Assembly (NCBI GenBank): GCA_016764855.1
Contig: JAESRB010000074.1
Span: 1 to 62,447, forward strand
DNA from: Emcibacter sp.
GTDB lineage: Bacteria > Pseudomonadota > Alphaproteobacteria > Sphingomonadales > Emcibacteraceae
DNA length: 62,447 bases
Direction of reading: 5' to 3'
Shown: piece by piece, positions 1 through 10,317 of the stretch
How positions within the stretch are numbered: position 1 is the first letter of the stretch
Layout: every line of letters starts with the position of its first letter
Program-made: the position numbers and the translations under genes
The notes under the pieces: generated by a model
The model's database searches: none
What the model was told of the DNA's origin: nothing
What the model saw: the letters and a program-made list of their open reading frames with translations, nothing else

Positions 1-2
1 CA

Positions 3-92
3 GCAGCTATGAATGGATTGGATGCCATTATATTTACCGCTGGTATTGGTGAAAACTCAGATGTGATTCGTAAATTAGTGTGGGGCGCGTAA
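3..92 (+). pseudogene. ackA: Acetate kinase C-terminal fragment, cut by the window edge and prematurely terminated
   Basis: Frame reads AAMNGLDAIIFTAGIGENSDVIRKLV-WGA*. FTAGIGEN is the acetate kinase signature; the normal C-terminal continuation is absent after about nt 82. Confidence 0.75.
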
Positions 93-402
93 GCCTGCAA
101 ATCATCAAACGCATAATCGCAGATACAAAAAAATAGTAAATGGGGGCCGTGGGTAACCGCTTACTTTTAAAGGGACTTTTTCAAAGAACCTCAGGCTGAT
201 GTTCTCACGTACTCTATTAAGGACAAGAACCGGACGAAAACCGATAAAAATAATCATCAAGACGGCTGTGAATGCCTCTGCAAGGCATTCACCTGCGGCC
301 AATCCCTTAACGGAAGTAAAACAGAGGTCTCTCCCCCACCCTCTTGGGAACAGGAGGAGCTTGTGCTGGATTTGGTCTCAATATGATTTGGGATGATCCT
401 CT

Positions 403-470
403 GACAGGCGACGTCGGAGCTATGGAAACCTCTGTCTTGACGGGATAATAAACGATACAGGCTTTCAAGC
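403..470 (+). mobile_element. Possible remnant of an IS110-family non-coding end
   Basis: GTCGGAGCTATGGAAACCTCTGTCTTGACGGGATAATAAACGATACAGGCTTTCAAGC resembles, from memory only, IS110-family end sequences. No transposase follows. Confidence 0.3.
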
Positions 471-496
471 AGGACACACTGCGCCCGCACCTGCCC

Positions 497-538
497 GGCT
501 TTGGCTTTGGCTTTGGCTTTGGCTTTGGCTTTGGCTTT
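497..538. repeat. Hexanucleotide microsatellite (GGCTTT)x7
   Basis: Seven perfect tandem copies read directly. Confidence 0.97.
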
Positions 539-575
539 GCCAGAAAACGCCAAAAATAATTTAAACATATTCCAT

Positions 576-609
576 TAAAAATATGGGCGATCATGATGAT
601 CGCCCATAT
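576..609 (-). terminator. Intrinsic terminator downstream of the MFS gene
   Basis: ATATGGGCGATCA-tga-TGATCGCCCATAT perfect stem (581-609), followed on the minus strand by a T run. Confidence 0.7.
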
Positions 610-673
610 ATATTTTTAACGCCACCAGCAGCCTGCCCCCTACTGGCTAACGTGGCATTTCTTTAAGAACGGA

Positions 674-2017
674 TCAATTTGATGAGCCGGATGATGCAAT
701 GGCATCCGCCTGTTTTTTTTCACTCATATTCCGGTAACCAACGGTCAAAGCGATCGCCGCGAGAATGGACCCTATGGCCATTGTCGTCGCGACCCCACCA
801 CGGTCCATACCAGAGACAAGCAAGAAGCCTGCTATGACAGGCCCGACTGCAGCACCTGCCCGTCCTATGCCAATAACAAAGCCTGTGCCTGTTGCCCGTA
901 AGCGCGTTGGGAAGGCTTTTGCGGTAAGAGCATAAAGACCAACCACACCACCGAACATGCAAAATCCCAATAAGAAAGCAACGGCTTTTAACATACCGAT
1001 TTCGGGGGTAATCAGACCAAACAAAATAACAAAGCTACCTGTAGCCATCATCAAAATGATTGTCAGTTTTCGAAGACCAAAGGTAGCGGCTGTCCAGCCC
1101 AGTAAACTTCCGCCCACAACGCCGCCAATACTTACCCAGACTGAAACCGACGTTCCCACAGCTTTATCAAAGCCCAAGGCCGTAACAATTGAAGGAACCC
1201 ACCCCATAACATAATAGAATGTCATGATATGCAGAAAATAACTGGCCGTCAGCGTCATGGTATGCCGAATCATCTCAGGCGCAAATAAATCCTTCATACG
1301 TGAACGGGCATGGGGAGTATCAGGCATGGTAACATGGGACGCCTCTGAATGACCCATACGGCGCAATATGCCATTAATTTTATCCAGGGCCGCTTCCCCC
1401 TTGTGATGACTTAAGAATGAAATTGATTCCGGTAACCCAAACATGACCACTGGCAGGGTAGCCAACGTGACCACACCACCAAATATAAAGACCGCCTGCC
1501 AGTCATAATTCTGTAGCAATATCACGGCAACTGACCCACCGAGCACACCCCCAATCGGATAGCCCGATGTCATTATGCTAATACAAAAATCACGTCTCTT
1601 TTCATTGGAGAACTCAGCAGCCATCGCATTGATAGAGGCCAGCATTGCACCAATCCCAAGACCCGTACCAAAGCGATATAAGGACAATGTGATCATATCC
1701 GTCGCCGTAGCAGACAAAAGCATCCCGCAGCCCATAACAACAATACAGGACAGAATTATCTTGCGCCGTCCGTATCTATCTGCCAATGGCGCAAGGAATA
1801 TAGATCCAAATGCCATACCAATAAGACCCGTAGATATAACGATGCCAATAGCACCCGGCCCCATACCCCAATCCGCAGCAATACTAGGCGCAGCAAAAGT
1901 AATCGCAAGGACATCAAAACCGTCCAGTGCATTTAAAAATATACAAATACCAACGGCCAAAACTTGAAGTCTGCCCATTGGTTCACGGTTTATAATATCG
2001 CGTGGATCGTTCTGCAT
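674..2017 (-). CDS. MFS aromatic acid:H+ symporter (AAHS, VanK/PcaK-like)
   Basis: 447 aa; LDGFD motif in TM1, ADRYGRR loop, AEFS..RR motif, GIGRAGA; about 12 hydrophobic segments. Confidence 0.9.
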   Translation of the reverse strand: MQNDPRDIINREPMGRLQVLAVGICIFLNALDGFDVLAITFAAPSIAADWGMGPGAIGIVISTGLIGMAFGSIFLAPLADRYGRRKIILSCIVVMGCGMLLSATATDMITLSLYRFGTGLGIGAMLASINAMAAEFSNEKRRDFCISIMTSGYPIGGVLGGSVAVILLQNYDWQAVFIFGGVVTLATLPVVMFGLPESISFLSHHKGEAALDKINGILRRMGHSEASHVTMPDTPHARSRMKDLFAPEMIRHTMTLTASYFLHIMTFYYVMGWVPSIVTALGFDKAVGTSVSVWVSIGGVVGGSLLGWTAATFGLRKLTIILMMATGSFVILFGLITPEIGMLKAVAFLLGFCMFGGVVGLYALTAKAFPTRLRATGTGFVIGIGRAGAAVGPVIAGFLLVSGMDRGGVATTMAIGSILAAIALTVGYRNMSEKKQADAIASSGSSN

Positions 2018-2148
2018 GATTGTTAGAGCCCTATTCTCTTTATATGGTTAACGACAAAAATGAGTACAGACACTTTCCAGATCCTCCGATTATAAATCAG
2101 ATAGAACTATACTCGCGCCTGCCACTCGTAAAATATTACATCAATTGC

Positions 2149-4461
2149 TTAGAAGTTATACGTAAAAGAAGCGAACCATTCACGTTTGCGCGCATAAGCA
2201 ATTTCAGCATAACCAGACCCTGAACCCAAAGATGAATTACCGGCAATTGGGAAAAGTTGATCTGTCAGGTTACTAACACCAACAACAAATTTCCATTGCG
2301 TATCATCAGGTTCTATTGCAACGGAGGCATTAACCAAGGTACGCCCTTTACTTTGAGCAACCTCTTCGGAATTGATCGCATCAAAGAAAGTTTTACTTTG
2401 ATAGCTTACATCAACACGCGGTGTGATGCTAAGGTCCGTTCCTTCAGGTGACAGGATATAACCAATACCAACGTTCCCTTGCCATGATGGGGCAAACGGA
2501 AGTTTATTGCCTGCCTCAACGCCGGTGGCCGCACCGTCAAAGGTAACAACTTCGTCAATCCTTGCATCAAGATAACCCATACCGGCATCAATGATCAGAT
2601 TGTCTGTCGCAACCCATGTCAGTTCCAATTCGAAACCATCGTTGGACGCCTTACCCGCATTCAGGATGAACGGTGCCACACCAAAACGGTAAACCAATTG
2701 CAGATCGGTATAATCGGTTGAGAAAATCGCACCATTCAAGCGTACAGTACTGTCCAGAAGGTCCATCTTAAAACCAACTTCATAGTTGATGGCCGTTTCA
2801 TCAGAAAAGGCATGAATCTGATCCAGAAGGTCAAGCTGTTCCTGAGTGTCATTGAAGTTTGAATTAAAATGACTGTTCCAGCCGCCGCTTTTGAAGCCTT
2901 CGGAATAGCTGGCATATGTCATGATATTCTCGTTCCAGCGATAACTCACATTAGCGGAGATATTAAACGCCTTAAACTTCTGTGAATATTTCTGATGGTC
3001 AATATATTTATCAGCAACATTTGCATAGTTGAACTGGTCTGGTGTCGAAGACTTGATTTCCGACGTATAACGCCCGCCAACAGTCACACTTAATTGATCT
3101 GTTACATCATAAGTCCATTGGGAGAACGCCGCCCAGTTGCTGTTATCCGTAATATTATTATCACTATCCAACGCACCGGTCGGAGCAGGAGGAGGTGATA
3201 ATACGATTGTTACAATATCATCAATTTTTTCATCATAATAATAAAGCCCGGCAACACCCGTCAGACGGTCTGCGCTATAAATAGCCTGAACTTCCTGACT
3301 GAATTGGCGACCATCACTTTTATAATCCGTATGCAAAATAGGGAATGGTGTATTATCCGCATCACGAACACCTGACCAGTCAATATTACGATAAGATGAG
3401 ATGGATTTGAATGTCAAATTCTCAGAAAAATCATAAGTTACGTGAAAAGATCCACCCCAATTTTCCAACAGGCTTTCCAAAGGATTGGTGCCGTTGTTTG
3501 AGAAAGGTCCATCATTCCAGAAATCATTGGCACAACGCGCATCATCAATCAACGGGACATCCATACCCAGGTTGGTCATACCAGGACAACCGGCATGCAA
3601 GCTGACGGTTTTCTGGAAAATCGCACTTTCATTACTGGAAGCAAAAACCAATGGCGAACCATTTTCATCTGCTTTCGTATAATCAAATTGTATTTTCAAT
3701 TCCAGATTATCGGTAGGCGTGAAGACAATTTTACCAGTGGCCGTATAGGAATTGGTATCTCCAAGGTCTGTTCCATCGCTGACACGGATGACATAGCCGT
3801 CTCTAACCCGAGAACCAAAAGTAAAACGGGAATGGACTTTATCTGAAATAGGAACATCAACCGCAAGGGAAAATTCCCGTAAGTTATCAGCGCCAACCCC
3901 TGCTTTGAATGAGCCACCGAATTCTTCACCGGGTTCCTGTGTTGTGATCAGGATCGCACCACCAATAGTATTGCGCCCAAACAACGTTCCTTGAGGACCA
4001 CGAAGAATTTGAATGCCCGAAATATCACGGAAATCCATTGTTCCGCCTACGGATTGTCCCATATAGACATCATCGATATAGATACCAACACCCGGATCAA
4101 CCGTTGCTGTCGGGTCTGTTTGACCAATACCGCGAATAAAAACCTGTGATGAGGCATTGTTGCCTGCAAGTGGGGCATTATTGCTAAACTGTAAGTTAGG
4201 CGTGACATTATCCAAATCATCTGTGCTGAAAATTTGACGTCTTGCGAGCCCTTCACCACTGAACGCAGTCATAGAAATTGGAGTTTCCTGAAGGTTTTCT
4301 TCAACTTTACGCGCAGTTACAGTAATTTCTTCAAGTGTATAACCACCGTCTTTTTCATTATTTTCTGCAGCAATAGTCTGGGTAGATGAGATAGCCACGC
4401 ACGCTAAAGTCATGGCAGTAGTGTAGTTTAACATTCCGAATAGATGTTTTTTAATAATCAT
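2149..4461 (-). CDS. TonB-dependent receptor
   Basis: Signal peptide, LEEITVTARK TonB-box region, LRGPQGTLFGRNTIGG plug motif, terminal YNF. Start moved to ATG 4461, which has GAGG upstream (track start 4476). Confidence 0.93.
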   Translation of the reverse strand: MIIKKHLFGMLNYTTAMTLACVAISSTQTIAAENNEKDGGYTLEEITVTARKVEENLQETPISMTAFSGEGLARRQIFSTDDLDNVTPNLQFSNNAPLAGNNASSQVFIRGIGQTDPTATVDPGVGIYIDDVYMGQSVGGTMDFRDISGIQILRGPQGTLFGRNTIGGAILITTQEPGEEFGGSFKAGVGADNLREFSLAVDVPISDKVHSRFTFGSRVRDGYVIRVSDGTDLGDTNSYTATGKIVFTPTDNLELKIQFDYTKADENGSPLVFASSNESAIFQKTVSLHAGCPGMTNLGMDVPLIDDARCANDFWNDGPFSNNGTNPLESLLENWGGSFHVTYDFSENLTFKSISSYRNIDWSGVRDADNTPFPILHTDYKSDGRQFSQEVQAIYSADRLTGVAGLYYYDEKIDDIVTIVLSPPPAPTGALDSDNNITDNSNWAAFSQWTYDVTDQLSVTVGGRYTSEIKSSTPDQFNYANVADKYIDHQKYSQKFKAFNISANVSYRWNENIMTYASYSEGFKSGGWNSHFNSNFNDTQEQLDLLDQIHAFSDETAINYEVGFKMDLLDSTVRLNGAIFSTDYTDLQLVYRFGVAPFILNAGKASNDGFELELTWVATDNLIIDAGMGYLDARIDEVVTFDGAATGVEAGNKLPFAPSWQGNVGIGYILSPEGTDLSITPRVDVSYQSKTFFDAINSEEVAQSKGRTLVNASVAIEPDDTQWKFVVGVSNLTDQLFPIAGNSSLGSGSGYAEIAYARKREWFASFTYNF

Positions 4462-4655
4462 TATTTTTTTCCTCAATAAAATGACACGGTAATTAATATT
4501 CGGGACTGTTGATTATTTGTCTTTCAATCCCGAATTACGCAAATTAGGAGGTATTAAAAGACCTCTTCTTATTATTTTTCTTTAAAAAAATATTCAGTAG
4601 AAATAACCCCTATCAGCTACTTCTGATAAAGGAAAATTAAATGACTGATGAACGC

Positions 4656-4672
4656 TATTCAATTATTGAATA
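4656..4672. promoter_or_regulatory. Putative LysR-type box TATTCAA-N3-TTGAATA upstream of the TBDR
   Basis: Palindrome containing T-N11-A; the same arms recur at 28154-28170. Confidence 0.5.
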
Positions 4673-4693
4673 TCCTCAACGTCAAATGAGCTT

Positions 4694-4733
4694 ATGATTT
4701 ATAGCTTCCCAAAGACGGCAAGCTATAAATCAT
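4694..4733 (-). terminator. Stem-loop downstream of metF
   Basis: ATGATTTATAGCTT...AAGCTATAAATCAT 14-bp perfect stem just past the metF stop. Confidence 0.6.
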
Positions 4734-4742
4734 CGCATATAA

Positions 4743-5627
4743 TCAATCTCTAAACTTAGCAACAAAATTGATGGAATTTGCAAAAGCAGCAAAGGTAAAG
4801 AAATGGATACCCCAAATATTTAGGGATGGCTCTTGAAGCTGAGCGATAGCAAGTTCAGTCAAAACTTTTTCAGGCGTTTCACCCGTAGCCAAATTCTTCA
4901 TCAATGATTTGCGCTCTTTCAGAGCCCGCATAGAGGCTCCAACGCCACATATCATTGCATATTTTAACAATGTGGTTTTTTTCGCTGGTCCCGCAACACC
5001 AATTCGAATGCGGTTATTGATCCCTTGAGCCCGTAATCTGCGAATATGGTCAAGGATGGGCTTTGATTCAAAGCAAACCTGACTAATCGTCACCGTTTCC
5101 AAATTCGCTTTTTCCGCCGCAGCGAGTTTATCTTTTAAGGCTACATCCAAAACTTCATTTGAAATACGAGGATGCCCCTCTGGATAGGTCCCAATGGCAA
5201 TTTTAGAAATGCCGTGTTTTTCAAGAAGGCCTGTTTGAATGATCTGAAGACTGCAATCAAGGTCCCCGGCGGCATCATCCCGGTCACCCGCAAGAACAAG
5301 CGCGCGATCAACACCAGCTTCACCAGCAAGGCGCGCCAACAGTTCGTCCAATGCCTTTTCACTCTTAATATTACGGGCAACAATATGAGGAACCGGAACC
5401 AATCCTGCTTTTTTCAAATGCGATGCGGCGGAAACCAGTCGATCAGCCGTATCTGATGGTAGAGAGGCAATATACACGCGAGAACCAGGATCCATCATAT
5501 CAGCTGCGGCATCAAGTGACTTCCTGTCAGGCGCAGTAACTTCAGCGGAATAATCTTTAAGTAATTTGGACATTTCTGCCCTGATTTCTTCTGGAGAAAC
5601 AATCATATTTTCAACAATCATAATCAA
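4743..5627 (-). CDS. metF: Methylenetetrahydrofolate reductase (LigM-associated MetF type)
   Basis: PVPHIVAR, LAGD, YPEGHP, GVAGPA, CGVGAS and IHFFTF motifs; directly downstream of ligM. Exact start uncertain. Confidence 0.9.
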   Translation of the reverse strand: MIMIVENMIVSPEEIRAEMSKLLKDYSAEVTAPDRKSLDAAADMMDPGSRVYIASLPSDTADRLVSAASHLKKAGLVPVPHIVARNIKSEKALDELLARLAGEAGVDRALVLAGDRDDAAGDLDCSLQIIQTGLLEKHGISKIAIGTYPEGHPRISNEVLDVALKDKLAAAEKANLETVTISQVCFESKPILDHIRRLRAQGINNRIRIGVAGPAKKTTLLKYAMICGVGASMRALKERKSLMKNLATGETPEKVLTELAIAQLQEPSLNIWGIHFFTFAAFANSINFVAKFRD

Positions 5628-5704
5628 TGTAATTTATTTTTCTAGACACAGGCAGGAAGAAGCCGCCGCCCCTGCATGAGACGCGACGGCTTCATATAGT
5701 ACTA

Positions 5705-7156
<1,452 letters not shown>

Positions 7157-7171
7157 TTATACATATTTTTC

Positions 7172-7187
7172 ATATTGCATGCAATAT
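7172..7187. promoter_or_regulatory. Putative GntR/VanR-type operator (ATATTGCATGCAATAT)
   Basis: Perfect 16-bp palindrome in the ligM/purU divergent region; core ATTG-N-AT-N-CAAT. Confidence 0.6.
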
Positions 7188-7244
7188 CTTTCTTTGTTAT
7201 ATAAATTACAGCTATTTATCTGGTTTTTTGCATGATATTAGTTA

Positions 7245-7260
7245 TTATTGTATACAATAA
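7245..7260. promoter_or_regulatory. Putative GntR/VanR-type operator (TTATTGTATACAATAA)
   Basis: Second perfect 16-bp palindrome with the same core. Confidence 0.6.
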
Positions 7261-7411
7261 AGCTGAACCAAAGAAAAATTTAACCGCAAGTACTTATTAT
7301 AATTACAGTTTTAAGAAACATATTTCAGGGCATATATATGTGAGATTGGCGAAGCAGTGCATCTGTAGCGTTTTGAAATCTGCATTTCCCGCTTATAAGG
7401 AGAATAGAATC

Positions 7412-8266
7412 ATGATTAAAGCTCACACCCTAACGCTTTCCTGCAAAGACCGTCCAGGCATCGCAGCAAAAGTAACTGGGATATTATTTGATAATAATGC
7501 CAACGTCTTAGAAGCACAGCAGTATAATGATTTGGACACAGATCACTTTTTTATGCGCGTCGTATTTGACCTCGATACAGAGACAAGATCAACATTAACA
7601 ACACAATTCGAGGCAATTGCAAAAGACTTCGATATGGATTGGTCTCTTCGGGATAATGAGAGAAAAATGCGTGTCCTGCTGATGGTATCAAAATTCGACC
7701 ATTGTCTTGGCGACCTATTATACAGAGTACGAATTGGTGAATTAAATATGGAAGTGGTCGGCATCGTGTCGAATCATCCAAAAGAGGCTTTAAACCTTAC
7801 GCTTATCGGCGACATTCCTTATCATCATCTGCCCATCACCAAGGAAACAAAACCTCAACAAGAAGCACAGATCAAGGCCGTCGTAAATGAATCTGGCGCG
7901 GAGCTTGTGGTACTCGCCAGATATATGCAAATCCTTTCCGATGATTTCTCAGCCTTCCTACATGGGCGCTGCATTAATATTCACCATTCATTCTTACCAA
8001 GCTTTAAAGGGTCCAAGCCTTATCATCAGGCCTACGAGCGGGGCGTTAAAATAATAGGCACCACGGCACATTATGTAACTGCAGACCTAGATGAAGGCCC
8101 CATTATTATTCAGGATGTAGAGCATATCAGCCACAATGATACGCCAGATAATCTGGTCCGTAAGGGACGTGATATTGAACGCCGCGTCCTTGCGCGCGCT
8201 GTCCATTACCATTTGGAAGGTCGAATTCTTATTAATGGTAGCAAGACGGTTGTTTTTCGCGATTAA
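7412..8266 (+). CDS. purU: Formyltetrahydrofolate deformylase
   Basis: ACT domain (CKDRPGIAA), [29 protein letters not shown]. Start at ATG 7412 after AAGGAG. Confidence 0.95.
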   Translation: MIKAHTLTLSCKDRPGIAAKVTGILFDNNANVLEAQQYNDLDTDHFFMRVVFDLDTETRSTLTTQFEAIAKDFDMDWSLRDNERKMRVLLMVSKFDHCLGDLLYRVRIGELNMEVVGIVSNHPKEALNLTLIGDIPYHHLPITKETKPQQEAQIKAVVNESGAELVVLARYMQILSDDFSAFLHGRCINIHHSFLPSFKGSKPYHQAYERGVKIIGTTAHYVTADLDEGPIIIQDVEHISHNDTPDNLVRKGRDIERRVLARAVHYHLEGRILINGSKTVVFRD

Positions 8267-8303
8267 TTTAAAATCATCCCCCTATATTCGGAGTTAAAGT
8301 AAA

Positions 8304-9161
8304 TTGGCTAAAATTATTGATGGCAAAAAGATTGCTGCGAGCATTCGTAGCGACTGCAAGATACGTGTGGAAAAGTTAAAGGATGAATCAGGCGTAACAC
8401 CTGGACTTGCTGTTATTTTAATCGGCGAAGACCCCGCCTCATCTGTCTATGTCAGAAACAAGATCGAAGCATGTAAAGCTGTGGGAATCAAATCCTCCAG
8501 CTATCGGCATGATGCTGATATTACCACTGATGAACTGGTCGTTCTGATTGAAAAATTAAATATTGACCCTGAGGTACACGGCATTCTTGTGCAATTACCT
8601 CTACCCCCCCATATCGATATGGAACGTGTCTTGGAAACGATCTCCATAGATAAGGATGTGGACGGTTTTCATCTCTATAATGTTGGCGGCCTGGTTGTGG
8701 GTAAAATGGTATTCTCCCCCTGCACGCCTTACGGCGTTGTCAAAATGCTGGAAAGTGAAAATATCCCAGTAGAGGGCCAGAATGTGGTTATTGTCGGCGC
8801 GAGCAACATCGTTGGCAAACCGATGGCTTTGATGCTCATGGCACGGGATGCCACAGTCTCCATTTGTCATGCAAAAACGCGTGACCTTGCACAATTTACT
8901 ATTCTTGCAGATATTTTAGTGGTAGCCGCAGGCGTGCCTAACCTTATCATTCCCCAAATGGTAAAAACAGGTGCGGTCGTTATTGATGTGGGAATCAATA
9001 GATTGCCAAATGGCAGTCTGCAAGGCGATGTTGATTTTGAAGGTGTATCGAAAAAAGCCTCCTATATCACACCAGTACCCGGCGGCGTCGGACCAATGAC
9101 AGTCACAATGCTATTAGTAAATACAATAGAAGCCGCGGAACGTCATGCGGTACAAAAATAA
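8304..9161 (+). CDS. folD: Methylene-THF dehydrogenase/cyclohydrolase
   Basis: YVRNK, GILVQLPLP, KDVDGFH, PCTP, DVGINR, TPVPGGVGPMT motifs; TTG start after GGAG. Confidence 0.96.
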   Translation: MAKIIDGKKIAASIRSDCKIRVEKLKDESGVTPGLAVILIGEDPASSVYVRNKIEACKAVGIKSSSYRHDADITTDELVVLIEKLNIDPEVHGILVQLPLPPHIDMERVLETISIDKDVDGFHLYNVGGLVVGKMVFSPCTPYGVVKMLESENIPVEGQNVVIVGASNIVGKPMALMLMARDATVSICHAKTRDLAQFTILADILVVAAGVPNLIIPQMVKTGAVVIDVGINRLPNGSLQGDVDFEGVSKKASYITPVPGGVGPMTVTMLLVNTIEAAERHAVQK

Positions 9162-9181
9162 GCTTTAAAGAAATTCTGCCT

Positions 9182-9913
9182 TTATATTTCTAAAAGTGAG
9201 ATACCGGGAATCCTCTCCCGCATATCCGCATGACTAAGTGCTTTTGATAGTATTTTCAACGCCAGAAGAGAATGTTCACGGACCAGCGCCTCTGCGCGCA
9301 TTCCTTGACCATTCTCTATGGCATCGAGAATAGCAACATGTTGACACTGCCCATATTTCAAATTCTCGAAATGTTCATCTGAATCACCAACAGTAAAAGA
9401 AAATGCATTAGGCGATGTAAATGGCAGCGTCGCCACATGCGCAAAAGAACGTCTCAACATCGCGCTATCTGCCAGAGCTAAGAGAGATTTATGAAATTCC
9501 TCATTCAGCTCGCGATACTGCTCTGTGAAAAATTTACGGTCTTTCATACGCACCAATTTCTCTAATTTACCTGTAACAGCTCTTAGGGGCGCTATTTCAT
9601 CCTCTGACAACTGACGTTCGGCTGCACGCCGCGCCGCCATCCCTTCCAAGACGCCCCTAATTTCAATGGCATGATGGACATCCTGAATTGTAAACTGCCG
9701 AACGATATAGCCCCCTCTTGGTAGGGACCGCAGGAAACCTTCGTTCTCCAATACTGTTAACGCAATACGAACTGGGGTTCGGGATATATCCAACTTCTCA
9801 ACGACCGCTAATTCTGACACACGCTGCCCAACGGAAAATTCCCCGGCAAGGATAAGTTCACGTAGCTTTTGAATGGCCTGAATTTGCTGGGGAGATCTGG
9901 GAACCGAGGTCAT
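9182..9913 (-). CDS. GntR/FCD transcriptional regulator (VanR-like)
   Basis: SRTPVR winged HTH, FCD domain (NEEFH, QH..I..AI); adjacent to the vanillate demethylation genes. Confidence 0.88.
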   Translation of the reverse strand: MTSVPRSPQQIQAIQKLRELILAGEFSVGQRVSELAVVEKLDISRTPVRIALTVLENEGFLRSLPRGGYIVRQFTIQDVHHAIEIRGVLEGMAARRAAERQLSEDEIAPLRAVTGKLEKLVRMKDRKFFTEQYRELNEEFHKSLLALADSAMLRRSFAHVATLPFTSPNAFSFTVGDSDEHFENLKYGQCQHVAILDAIENGQGMRAEALVREHSLLALKILSKALSHADMRERIPGISLLEI

Positions 9914-10233
9914 TTCACACCCAAAATATATAACTTATTGTTAAACTGAAAAGTCATCAAAAATGTCCTAAATATATATCGTTACATTAATTTATTTTAA
10001 TCTGATACGGCATTCGACAACCATAAAAATTCATCACTATTATGCTTATTGCAATGGAACTTGTCAAAGAAACTTAAAATTTATCAATAGTATCTTACCC
10101 TATTACCCCTCTCCTTTTCTAAATAATAACAATGGTTAAGCTCACGAAAAGCAAAAGACAGATCCATTCAATAAAAAACATGACAAACAACAATATTAAA
10201 TGACCGAAAATGCCGATCGTTTTCCTCAAAAAA

Positions 10234-10282
10234 AATGCCTGGCCCGATAAAAAGTATCACTACTTCATATCAGGCCAGGCAT
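10234..10282 (-). terminator. Stem-loop with T run downstream of the TBDR
   Basis: ATGCCTGGCC...GGCCAGGCAT arms with an A7 run on the left side. Confidence 0.55.
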
Positions 10283-10317
10283 CATTCAGCTATTTACGAA
10301 ATGGCAATTCGTAAGTT

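Noticed and set aside
257-594. ORFs with KAKAKA / KPKPKP runs
   Set aside because: These are translations of the (GGCTTT)7 microsatellite, with no other protein-like features.
7232-7411. 60-aa N-terminal extension of PurU
   Set aside because: It covers an AT-rich promoter region with an operator-like palindrome; a good RBS precedes ATG 7412.
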